In this document: one piece after another, positions 37,298 to 46,700 of the stretch
Position numbering within the stretch: the first letter of the stretch is position 1
Layout: every line of letters begins with the position of its first letter
Source of the DNA: an uncultured Oligoflexales bacterium
GTDB taxonomy: Bacteria; Bdellovibrionota_B; Oligoflexia; Oligoflexales; CAZLMG01
Direction of reading: 5' to 3'
NCBI GenBank assembly: GCA_964560765.1
Contig: CAZLMG010000007.1
Coordinates: 31,930 to 95,929 of the forward strand
DNA length: 64,000 nucleotides
Program-made: the position numbers and the translations under genes
The notes under the pieces: model-generated
What the model was told of the DNA's origin: nothing
Databases searched by the model: none
The model's input: the letters and a program-made list of their open reading frames with translations, nothing else

Positions 37298-37313
37298 ACA
37301 AGGAATGTGCCAA
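37298..37313 (-). promoter_or_regulatory. candidate sigma-54 promoter of the fliL operon
   Basis: The minus strand reads TTGGCACATTCCTTGT, i.e. TGGCAC-N5-TTGT against the consensus TGGCAC-N5-TTGC. It ends 30 nt upstream of the fliL GTG, with the GAGGTG RBS in between. The -12 GC is GT, so the match is imperfect. Confidence 0.3.
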
Positions 37314-37531
37314 GGTTACCTGCTTGGGGCCGATAGGGTTTTGTGCCGGGTTGCAACCAGGAATGCTTGGGTGACAAATTGAATCTATTTTCGAATATGT
37401 AAAAATCATTTAGCATGATGCTGAGATGTAACCGTTATCAATCTGGCACTTACGCCAATTTTCTGACGTCATGAAATTGACGTTTTTGACCTTTTGTTTA
37501 GTCGCACAATTGTCTGTTGAGGATTGTAGTT

Positions 37532-38821
37532 ATGATGGGTTTCTGGCTATTGATGACCGCCATCGCATTGACGGTTCTTTTCGCGCCCCTCCAGAGTGCA
37601 ATCGGCGAGCCCGAGGCCATGGAACTTTCTGGAGATGTAGAGGCAGATTTTTCCTATATTGATGAGATTCGCAATCCGACTGGTTCGCCAGTACTGCTGC
37701 CGACGACTTCGCTTTGGTCCAACTCCGCCGTCGCGACAGCGCGTACCTTGGGCTTAACGCGATTTCGGGCGGCGATGGCTTGGCGAATAGTAAATCGCAG
37801 TGAGCTTACCGCCGTTTTTCGGCCAGATGCGTTGGCATGGTCCAGCGAGATTCCGAATAAGGTACTGGTTCCGGATCATGACAGCCGGGCTGGACTTAAG
37901 AGTGCGATAGGACGCCCGTACCGGTCCTCGCCGATGATCAAATTTATGGATGCGTACGAACTGAATTATCTGGCGACTGATCAGTTGAAAGTCGGCATCG
38001 GAGTTCGCGATTCCTCTTATCTTGAGCATATGTCCTATGAATCTGGTTTGGCATTTGGGCTGGCTGTTCAATTGCCGAGGAGTTTCAATGCGGCATCCAT
38101 TCAATGGTCAGGATTCGATAATACTGAAGGCTTTCGCCCGGGCGTGGCTCGAAGTGGTTATCGAGCTGGAATCGCACTAACCAGCGGCCGGGGCGATCGA
38201 GGCGAATCATTAGATTTTAGTCGAGCATCTGAAGACTATGCCCCAACAAGCGCGGATCCCTATCTCGGAGTCCTGGTAGACCTTGAGTGGACGAAAGCTG
38301 AGCAGCTGTCCCTTGGCATGGTGTCGGGATATCGGAGCCAGAGAGATACCCTGGGCAGGGCAACGGACTTTTACGCTCAGCTCTACTCCCATTTTTGGTT
38401 TCTGGCTGGCCAACTGCCCTTTGCATCGGCAGTTGACATCAGGTACTCCAAGGAGTCGTGGATGTCTGAACGATGGCGGGTTGCCGGTCTGGCTCAACAA
38501 AGCCTTAGCCTCACCAGCTCCTGTGAATACTTGCCGGGGCATCATGCCGGGCTTGGCTATTTCTGGGGCGCCAGTCAACGGCACAGAGATCTCTTGGCTC
38601 CACATCTGGTAGATAAAGTTTCTGGGTGGCAGGTGGACATGCAGTACCGGCGCCAATTTGACCCAGGTCTCTCGCTGGTGATTACCGCTGCACATGAGGC
38701 TCGAGGTGTCGACAGGGATGGCGAAATTATCGGTGGATTCGGAGCCAATGCCGACGATGATCGAGACTACGTTCGGCGAATTGCAATTGAAGTCTTGTAT
38801 CGAACTGGTTTGACGCGCTGA
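37532..38821 (+). CDS. putative outer-membrane beta-barrel (porin-like) protein
   Basis: The start is moved to the ATG at 37532, 8 nt after GAGGA. Signal peptide MMGFWLLMTAIALTVLFAPLQSAIG. Alternating hydrophobic beta-strand pattern throughout. No family assigned. Confidence 0.5.
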   Translation: MMGFWLLMTAIALTVLFAPLQSAIGEPEAMELSGDVEADFSYIDEIRNPTGSPVLLPTTSLWSNSAVATARTLGLTRFRAAMAWRIVNRSELTAVFRPDALAWSSEIPNKVLVPDHDSRAGLKSAIGRPYRSSPMIKFMDAYELNYLATDQLKVGIGVRDSSYLEHMSYESGLAFGLAVQLPRSFNAASIQWSGFDNTEGFRPGVARSGYRAGIALTSGRGDRGESLDFSRASEDYAPTSADPYLGVLVDLEWTKAEQLSLGMVSGYRSQRDTLGRATDFYAQLYSHFWFLAGQLPFASAVDIRYSKESWMSERWRVAGLAQQSLSLTSSCEYLPGHHAGLGYFWGASQRHRDLLAPHLVDKVSGWQVDMQYRRQFDPGLSLVITAAHEARGVDRDGEIIGGFGANADDDRDYVRRIAIEVLYRTGLTR

Positions 38822-38826
38822 CAGCC

Positions 38827-40038
38827 ATGCAATTTGCGAAAACTGCAAGTTTTGCTGCCTCTCTTGTCTTGCTTATCCTTGTGGATAGCGTTCAGGCCAA
38901 GGCATATCAAGGTGACCATGCTTTGGTGCAGGTCGATTGTCTGCTGATATCCAAGTTCAAAGAGTCGCACACCCATCCTTGCGGCTTGCAGCCTTCGATT
39001 AACTTCGCACGTCAGTTCGACAACGACGGCCAAGTCTTCATGCAGGCAGAGTTTGGGCTGCTTCCTGGATTCTCTTCGCGGGATTTAGACCGTCCCATTC
39101 TATTGAGTGGCTCCAAATTGAATACGAACTCAATGTGGCAGTACATTCGGCGTGCTTTGATTGGCATTGTGACTATGGAGCATTGGCACGTTCAGTTTGG
39201 GACGCACGAAGATGTCACATCCCTTCGACGTGGGCCGGGACAACGAATGCATGGGATGCTTCTGGACGGTGCCTGGCGGCAGTTGGCTCTAGGGCTTAGC
39301 TATCGCGATGCGAGACAGTCCGTCGCCGTGCACTTAGGCCAAGGAGAAGGGGAATTTCACGCGCAGGACTCAGCCGGCTATATCGGTCTATCGGGGGACG
39401 CCATCATTGCAGCGGGATGGCATTTTATCTTTGGAGCCAGCTGGGACGGAGATAGTCGAGGATCCATGCAGAAGCAGCAGCTCGTCAACTATGGCGTACA
39501 AAAAGAGATTCCCGAGCATGGGTTCGAAACTGAGCGGTTCCTGATGAGCGTACAATTGGATGGGACAGCTCCCTATGCACGGGGACTAACTACGCAGGTG
39601 GCATGGCAGCAGACTCGTTATCTGGACCGCAATGTTCGGCTGAACGACGGCTTTGACATGAGAAACTATAGATCGGCTCCCGATGGCTACATTGGCCCCC
39701 TATTCTTTGAGGCCGCCAATAAGCGTAACGAGACGGTCCGGTCGATCATGGAAGCGAATGCGACTTATCGCATCTTAGACGCTTTCTTGCTGTCGATTAG
39801 CGGCTCCAACGCTACCTTCGACTTAGGCGATGCAGCCATTGTCGAGCGGCGCTTCCAGCAAAGCGCCTGGAGTTTCGGGGTTGGCTACGATTGGCGGAAG
39901 ATGGTCGTCTTGCATTTAGACTACGCAGCTTTGGCTTTTGATCAGCTGCACGAGTTTGCTCATTTTTCAGCAGATGAAGGACCAGCGCGCACACGATACA
40001 TGCTTAATCTGAGCGCCTCGGTTGACGTTACATTTTGA
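38827..40038 (+). CDS. putative outer-membrane beta-barrel protein
   Basis: Signal peptide ending VDSVQA. Alternating-strand pattern. C-terminal beta-signal-like LNLSASVDVTF ending in Phe. Starts 5 nt after the previous gene. Confidence 0.55.
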   Translation: MQFAKTASFAASLVLLILVDSVQAKAYQGDHALVQVDCLLISKFKESHTHPCGLQPSINFARQFDNDGQVFMQAEFGLLPGFSSRDLDRPILLSGSKLNTNSMWQYIRRALIGIVTMEHWHVQFGTHEDVTSLRRGPGQRMHGMLLDGAWRQLALGLSYRDARQSVAVHLGQGEGEFHAQDSAGYIGLSGDAIIAAGWHFIFGASWDGDSRGSMQKQQLVNYGVQKEIPEHGFETERFLMSVQLDGTAPYARGLTTQVAWQQTRYLDRNVRLNDGFDMRNYRSAPDGYIGPLFFEAANKRNETVRSIMEANATYRILDAFLLSISGSNATFDLGDAAIVERRFQQSAWSFGVGYDWRKMVVLHLDYAALAFDQLHEFAHFSADEGPARTRYMLNLSASVDVTF

Positions 40039-40053
40039 GTTTGGGGCAACATC

Positions 40054-40344
40054 GTGCCGCAGTGGCTGGAAACGACGGATGAGGGAGTTCTGTTGAGGAT
40101 CTATGCTCAACCATCGGCATCTTGCTCCGAAGTTACTGGCGAGCATAATGGGATGCTCAAAATTCGGATTGCCGCGCCCGCTGTTGAAGGAGCGGCGAAC
40201 GAAGCGCTGATTGCGTTCATCGCAAGAAAGCTGAAACTCAGAAAATCGGATGTTTTGATTCGTTCGGGCAGTCAGGGACGGCGCAAGTTATTGCTGATTC
40301 CCGCTATGGATCTGAAAGAAGTCGTCGTAAATTTAGTACGATAG
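40054..40344 (+). CDS. DUF167 (YggU-like) protein
   Basis: GVLLRIYAQPSASCSEVTGEHNGMLKIRIAAPAVEGAANEALIAFIARKLKLRKSDVLIRSGSQGRRKLL matches the YggU/DUF167 pattern. Confidence 0.8.
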   Translation: MPQWLETTDEGVLLRIYAQPSASCSEVTGEHNGMLKIRIAAPAVEGAANEALIAFIARKLKLRKSDVLIRSGSQGRRKLLLIPAMDLKEVVVNLVR

Positions 40345-40446
40345 CTATTTTGCAGGTTCGTGCCTGAAGGCGAAGTCGGGAATTGTGGGAGTTCACTGAT
40401 TTCTGTTATAAAGTTGGTCTCTTAAAGTGCTGTATTGGGGGTTCTT

Positions 40447-40938
40447 ATGATGACTGCGGCGGTGGTGCGACGAGGGCTAATCCTTTTTACCTCTTTGATT
40501 TCAGTTGGTTGTATAGATTATCTAAATCCCCGCCCCGATCAGAAGAAGTTTGAAGGCGAGCGTCTTGCTTCGGCAGGTGCCACGCCTAAACTCACGGCCG
40601 CTGGCGAACTCAAATATGATTTGGCAACTGGGCCGGATGCTGCAGGTGCTGAAGAAGTCGTTCGAGATGCGAAGGATTTGTATGCGCAGCTATGCGCTAG
40701 CTGTCACGGCGCTGCTGGCGCCGGAGATGGTGCTGCAGCAGCTGCCATGAATCCAAAGCCTCGCAGTTTTGTCGACAAAGCTTGGCAAGCTGAAGTCGAT
40801 GATGCTCGCATCGCAAAGGTCATCGCGCAAGGCGGGCCATCCGTTGGTCTCAGCCCCATGATGGCGCCCTGGGGATCCATGGTGAATGCAAAGGAAGTTG
40901 ATGGTCTGGTGCAATTGATTCGAGGCTACACCAAGTAA
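40447..40938 (+). CDS. c-type cytochrome, probable lipoprotein
   Basis: Single haem motif CASCHG and a Met-rich distal region SPMMAPWG. N-terminal lipobox LISVGC. I prefer the ATG at 40447 over the TTG at 40435. Confidence 0.75.
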   Translation: MMTAAVVRRGLILFTSLISVGCIDYLNPRPDQKKFEGERLASAGATPKLTAAGELKYDLATGPDAAGAEEVVRDAKDLYAQLCASCHGAAGAGDGAAAAAMNPKPRSFVDKAWQAEVDDARIAKVIAQGGPSVGLSPMMAPWGSMVNAKEVDGLVQLIRGYTK

Positions 40939-40953
40939 TTCGCTGTAATCTGA

Positions 40954-41361
40954 TCACGATCCAGGGGATGCAGGTTGCTGCGCTCCCGTTTTTTCATCGG
41001 AAGCCGCTTCAGCGTCTGGAAGCGGCTCGTTTGTATCGTGAGAAACCGTGTGATCAGGTAGAGGCTCTGTGGTGGCGTGGTGAGCATCGTGACGCTCGTT
41101 ATGCTCATCGATCCAAGAGCGCGCAGATCCTAATTCGCTTTCAATGAGCGACTTGAGCTTCTTTCTTTCGTCGGCGAGCACTTCCGCCTCTGCTTGTTTG
41201 ATGAATCCATCCACCGTGGACCGAACATCATTCGTGATACGGCGAAGCTTGACAAAGAACTTACCCGCGTCTCGAGCGACCTCTGGTAGGCGGTTCGGCC
41301 CAACAAAAAGCAGGATGACTACCCCAATTATGGCAAATTCCATGATTCCAATGCCGAACAT
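40954..41361 (-). CDS. tatB: twin-arginine translocase component, TatB-like (TatA/B/E family)
   Basis: MFGIGIMEFAIIGVVILLFVGPNRLPEVARDAGKFFVKLRR is a TM helix plus amphipathic helix with the GPxRLP motif typical of TatB. Acidic/His-rich tail. Confidence 0.6.
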   Translation of the reverse strand: MFGIGIMEFAIIGVVILLFVGPNRLPEVARDAGKFFVKLRRITNDVRSTVDGFIKQAEAEVLADERKKLKSLIESELGSARSWIDEHNERHDAHHATTEPLPDHTVSHDTNEPLPDAEAASDEKTGAQQPASPGS

Positions 41362-41448
41362 CGCAGCTCGCCTCCAAACAACTAAGTTTAGATTATTCTA
41401 CACAAATGATAAATCTAAGGCCCTGAGAAAACGTCGGAAAGGTTTCGC

Positions 41449-42426
41449 ATGATCGTAGTCACAGGCGGCGCTGGATTCATTGGCAGCTTTATGGTTTGGC
41501 AGCTAAATCAGTCGAAATTGGACGATATTTTGGTCGTTGACGACCTTGGCTGTGAATCGAAATGGCAGAATCTCGCAAAAAGACAAATCGATCATATCAT
41601 CGAGCCCTCGGTGTTATTCAATTGGCTTAGCGAGAACCGAATGCGGGTATCGGCCATTATCCATATGGGAGCCTGCTCTTCGACGGATGAGCAAGATGCC
41701 GATTTTCTTATGCGTAACAACGTTCATTATTCGATGAAGTTGTTTCAATTCTGCACAGAACTCCGCCTACCTTTTCTCTACGCGTCATCGGCTGCCACTT
41801 ACGGAGTGGGCGACGATGGATTTAGGGATGACCACCAAGTCGTCGCGAAATTGCGGCCCACGAATAAGTACGGGTACAGCAAGCAGCTTTTCGATGCCTG
41901 GGTTTTACGGCAGAAATCATGTCCGCCGTTCTGGGCCGGACTCAAGTTTTTTAACGTTTACGGTCCGAATGAATATCACAAGGGAAAGCAAGCTAGTGTG
42001 GTTTATCATGCATACCAGCAGATTCGAGAGCGGGGGCGCTTGAGGCTATTTCGCAGCGCGCGTGCTGACGTGGCCGACGGTGAGCAGAAGCGGGACTTTG
42101 TCTACGTTAAGGACGTTACTCGAGTCATGGAGTATCTGCTGCAAAACCAGTCAAAGGCTCCTTCGGGCATTTATAATCTCGGCACAGGGCAATCTCGGAC
42201 ATTTTTGGATTTGGGTAGAGGGGTCTTCCAAGCGATGGGTGCGGGCGAGCCAAAGATTGATTGGGTTGAAACGCCAGAAGTACTGAGGACGCATTACCAG
42301 TACTTTACCGAGGCAGAAATGTCCAAACTGCGCCACGCTGGTTATGCGCAGCCCTTTTTTAGTTTGGAGCAGGGTATTCTCGACTACGTGCAGAATCACT
42401 TAATGAGTCCGGACCCATATGCGTAA
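41449..42426 (+). CDS. hldD: ADP-L-glycero-D-manno-heptose 6-epimerase
   Basis: MIVVTGGAGFIGS start, GACSST, active-site YGYSK, and FFNVYGPNEYHKG, all typical of HldD/RfaD. Confidence 0.9.
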   Translation: MIVVTGGAGFIGSFMVWQLNQSKLDDILVVDDLGCESKWQNLAKRQIDHIIEPSVLFNWLSENRMRVSAIIHMGACSSTDEQDADFLMRNNVHYSMKLFQFCTELRLPFLYASSAATYGVGDDGFRDDHQVVAKLRPTNKYGYSKQLFDAWVLRQKSCPPFWAGLKFFNVYGPNEYHKGKQASVVYHAYQQIRERGRLRLFRSARADVADGEQKRDFVYVKDVTRVMEYLLQNQSKAPSGIYNLGTGQSRTFLDLGRGVFQAMGAGEPKIDWVETPEVLRTHYQYFTEAEMSKLRHAGYAQPFFSLEQGILDYVQNHLMSPDPYA

Positions 42427-43768
42427 ACCGGTAAGGTTTCTGCAAGCGCTCATTCTGCTACTAACTTGTCTGCCTGCGACTGATATGAATGCGCAGGATA
42501 CAAGCCTTTCGACGAGCCTGGGCAGCTCATGGAATACGATTGATCGGGTTGATTGTGGAAGCGTGCGCCGCACCAATTGTGAATGGCTAGCATCATACCT
42601 TGGACTCTATTTTCCAATCGAGGTTCGGGAAGGGGATCTTCGTTACTTTGAGCAAAAGCTGCTCACCACGGGAGTTTTCAGCTCCGTCAAAGCCCGCATC
42701 GAGGCTACAGTCCTGTATTTTGATCTTGATGAAAAGTGGACAACGATTCCCGTGATCCGCGGTGCATATGGTGGCGGCACTCCCCTAGCGGTCTTTGGCA
42801 TTTACGACACACACAGTTTCGGCAGGCTTTGGACACTCGGTGCCGAGACTAGAAAGTATGGGGACGCACCACTTGGCTATGTTGTTTGGGCGTCTGCACC
42901 GCGTTGGGGCACAGGCAAGCATGTGATGTCATTTGAATACTGGCGGTCACCCCGTGTGCGTTCCATTTACGATCAGGATTATCAAGAGCTTGGTCAGATC
43001 CATACGGACGATCGTATGTTGCGTCTGTTGTTTATGCATCCCATCATGCGTGGACCGCTTCGCGCCAATGATGATCGCATTTGGCAGCTTGGCCTCGACC
43101 TAAAGATCCGCTCGGAGGCACCAGCAAGTTTTTATCCATCCGCCGAGAATCAGGCCGGCCTAGCACCTCTGCGCATAAGATTGCCGAGCGAAAATTCCAC
43201 AGAGATCAATATCCAGCCTAGAATTGTTTACGATGACACACAGGTTGATAACGTCACTTTCGATGGCATTCGCTTTATCGCTCAGGGTGGCCCACTGCTC
43301 ACCGAAAATTTCACTCGCCATCGTTTTGATATCGAGGGCTTTTATTACGCAAAGATGCCTGCGCGCTTTAATCTAGCCACCCATGGATATATCGGGGGTG
43401 CGACGACGCCGTCGCTGCAGAATCAATATTTCCTGGGCGGTTTTGACTCAATTCGGGGTCTGCCAGATGGCGCTATGCACGGCGTCAGGGCCGCATATGG
43501 AAACTTTGAGATCCGCCACCTAGCATTTCAGTACCGATATGCGTGGGTTCAGCTTTTAGCCTTCGCTGATACGGGCTCGGCAGCAGATTCTTGGTCGGAA
43601 TTGGTCGTGAATTGGACGTTTACCGCTGGTGTGGGTGTGCGCATCGCGATTCCGCAGGTCTATCGATTAATGTTTCGCGCCGATTACGCCTGGAGTCTTG
43701 AGGATCCCAATATTCGCGGATTTTCGGCGGGCTTAAATCAATACTTTGATCCGTATCGCCCGCTTTAA
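42419..43768 (+). CDS. Omp85/surface-antigen-like outer-membrane protein
   Basis: Signal peptide, one POTRA-like segment (LLTTGVFSSVKARIEATVLYFDLDEKWT), then a beta-barrel-like region with the FLGGFDSIRGL motif typical of the Omp85/D15 family. 8-nt overlap with hldD. Confidence 0.5.
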   Translation: MRKPVRFLQALILLLTCLPATDMNAQDTSLSTSLGSSWNTIDRVDCGSVRRTNCEWLASYLGLYFPIEVREGDLRYFEQKLLTTGVFSSVKARIEATVLYFDLDEKWTTIPVIRGAYGGGTPLAVFGIYDTHSFGRLWTLGAETRKYGDAPLGYVVWASAPRWGTGKHVMSFEYWRSPRVRSIYDQDYQELGQIHTDDRMLRLLFMHPIMRGPLRANDDRIWQLGLDLKIRSEAPASFYPSAENQAGLAPLRIRLPSENSTEINIQPRIVYDDTQVDNVTFDGIRFIAQGGPLLTENFTRHRFDIEGFYYAKMPARFNLATHGYIGGATTPSLQNQYFLGGFDSIRGLPDGAMHGVRAAYGNFEIRHLAFQYRYAWVQLLAFADTGSAADSWSELVVNWTFTAGVGVRIAIPQVYRLMFRADYAWSLEDPNIRGFSAGLNQYFDPYRPL

Positions 43769-46700
43769 ATCTGCGATTCTGCACTCAGTCCTTGTAATGT
43801 GGCGCCTTCAATCTTGCGGTCAGTTTGGCCCTTATTTTCTTTGAAGGCCCGTCGCAAGTGCTCTGGTAAATCCTTTTGCAGGTCCACGCCGACAACCTTG
43901 GATACGCCCGGCTCTTGCATGGTCACTCCGTACAAGGTGTCCAGAACTTCCATCGTGCGCCGGTTGTGGGTGATGACGATGAACTGGAAGCGCTCTGACA
44001 GGGCCTCCAGAACTCGGTTGTAGCGGCCGACGTTCGCTTCATCCAAGGGAGCATCGACTTCGTCGAGGAAGCAGAATGGCGTCGGCTTCGTCTTCAGCAG
44101 GGCGAAAATGAGCGAAATGGCCGTCAAAGCCTTCTCTCCGCCGGAGAATAAATTCATTCGCTGCTGCTTCTTGCCGGGAAGTCGGCAGAGAATATCGACG
44201 CCGGAGTTAAGCGGATCGTTGGGATTCGTCATCTGCAAACTTGCTTCGCCACCTGGGAATAGAATGGGGAAGAGATTACCGAACTCTAGATTGATTGTAG
44301 TAAATGTCTCCGCAAACTTCTTGCGCGATGTTTCCTCGATCTCCTCAAGGGCCTCTTCCAGCAAATTAATACTGCTGATGACTTCCTCGCGTTGAGCGTG
44401 GATAAACTGCGTGCGCTCCATGAGCACTTCGTACTCTTCGATAGCCAGCATGTTGATCGCGCCCATGGACTCGACCTTCACCCGGATCTTCTGCACTTCT
44501 TTTGCTGAGCTATCTGGATCAAATCGGCTGTCTCGCTCAAACTCATGGCGCGCCAAATCAACCTGGTATTTCTCGGCGGCTTGTTGCACGACTCCAGCGA
44601 TGATCATTCGCTCGCGTTCGATTTCGACGTCAAGTTCAGTGACGCGTCGCTGCAGTACAAATTGCCGCTCACGACGCTCCTTGAGCTGTTGTTCCAGGGC
44701 GCGCATGTCGGCCAAAATGGCCGCATTCTCTTCGCGCTTCTCTGCTAGATCAGTCTCTAGCTGTTCGCGTAGCAAAATCTTTTCGTGAATGCTTTGTTCC
44801 GCTTCCGCCTTATTCTTGACGGCCTCTTCAATCTCCAGTTCAAGACGGCTTCGCTCGTCGTAGCGACGCGAGAGCATCGCTTGGACTCTTTCCAACTGCA
44901 TGCGATTTTGTCGGAAATTTTGTTCGAGCGACTGGGCGCGAGTTTCTGCCTTCGCTAGTTCAACCTTACGCGCCTGATGAACACGAAACACTTCCGCACG
45001 TTGGTCTTCAATGGTTGCGGATTGCTCTTCAAGCGAAGTCAACTCGGCTTCAGTGGTTTCGCGTTCTTCCCCTAAGGAGATCCGCGCCTGCCCGAGCTCT
45101 GCCAGCTCGCTAGTTGCCTCATGATCTGCTTTGCGCAGGACTTCTAATTGCTGGTTAGCGCTGCGCTCAATCTCTTTCTTGTGCTGAAGAATTTGAGTTG
45201 CAGCTTGTAAATCGGCCATGATGGCCATGACGTCCCGATTTTGCGTCTGCAACCGTGCACTCAGTTCTTGCAACTCAGCGCGAGCGGTCTTTTGCATGAC
45301 ATCCAAATCGTCCACTTCAACTTGGACGCCCGCCAACTCCTTTTCCAGATCCTTGAGCTGGGCGGTTAGGCTCTCGAGTTCTGTTTTGCGGCTGAGAACT
45401 CCCTTGGAACCCTTGGATCCGACAAAAAACTCACCATGCCCGGAGGTAATGACACCTTGCGAACTGAACGCGACCACGCCTGCTGGCGGCTGCGACTCCA
45501 ATGTAGAAAGCGCCAATGTCGGCAAGTAATATAATCGATCAAGCAGCGCATTCAGACCCTCGGGGGCATTAGCCACCTTGAGGTACGAGCGGAGCGGTTC
45601 CGCATCAACGCGGTCGGCCCATGCAGCGCAGGCTGCAGAGTCACTAGCACTCAACTCAGACAGCACAGTAATGGGCATGCCGCCCACCTCGACTTTGTGG
45701 GCCAGTCGCACCAAGTCATTGAGGCTATCAAGTTCAGATACGATCAGCCGTTCGGCCCAACGCTCAAAAGCACCGGCGGCATTTCGACTGAGGCCTTCAG
45801 CCTGATCATTAAAGCCGATAAAGTCCGTGAGGACGCCGGCAACTATGCCCTCTACTTCAGGAGCTTGCTGACGAAGCTTTTCGAGTGCACCGCCGACATC
45901 GCTGGCGGACTCGATAAGCTCTTGTAACGAGCTAACTCGCGCGCGGGTTTCCAGATAAGACTCGCGCAATGAGTCGCGTTGCTCTCGCAGGAAACGCAAA
46001 CGCTCGTCGCCCTGAGTCACTTCTGTTTCGAGCTCTTGTTTCCTTGCTAACTCGACATCAAGTCCCTGCTGGGATTCGGCAGCGCGCTCTTTAGCAGAGC
46101 TTGCTTGCATCTCCGCAGCTCGAAGATCAGACGAGAGTTGTTCAAGACGCCTCTCAATCTCTTCGGATTCCGTTGAAATTCGCTGACGATCTTTGCCAAT
46201 GGCTTCGCAACGAATGGTGTTGCTATCCAGCAGTCGATCAATGTTCTTCAGCTGGTCGGCACAGTCCTCAATGCGACTGGCAAAGACGCGAGCTGACTCG
46301 TCTACGGCATCTACTTCGTCCTGGAAGCTATCGATTTGATCCTGCAGATCCTTGGTACGCTGGGCCGCTGTACTTAACTCTTCGCTTGCGGCCTGTACCT
46401 GCTGCTCGAGTTCTCGCATGTTCTCGGCATCAGCCTTGACTTCGGTATCGAGCTGCTCAAAGCGCTTTTGTCCGTGCTCAAGCAAACTGTTGGCGTTCAT
46501 GATGGTGGATTCAGCGCGGGCGATGTCTTCGCGGATGGATGACACCTGCTCGTGTAGCCCTTCTAAGTCTGGATCGGCGGCATCAAGCTGGTCCTGCAAA
46601 CCGGTGAGCCGAACTTCGAGCTCAGCCATAGCCGCTTTGATGGCTTCATTGTCCGCATTTTTTACGGCAAACTCGGCGTTAGACTTTTCCAGCAAATCAT

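Noticed and set aside
37310-37336. A sigma-28-like promoter CCAAGGTT-N11-GCCGATAG on the plus strand, pointing at the OMP genes
   Set aside because: It matches only 12 of 16 consensus positions, with the key TAAA reading CCAA. It would leave a ~190-nt leader. It also overlaps the better-placed sigma-54-like site on the other strand. It is kept as a weak possibility only.
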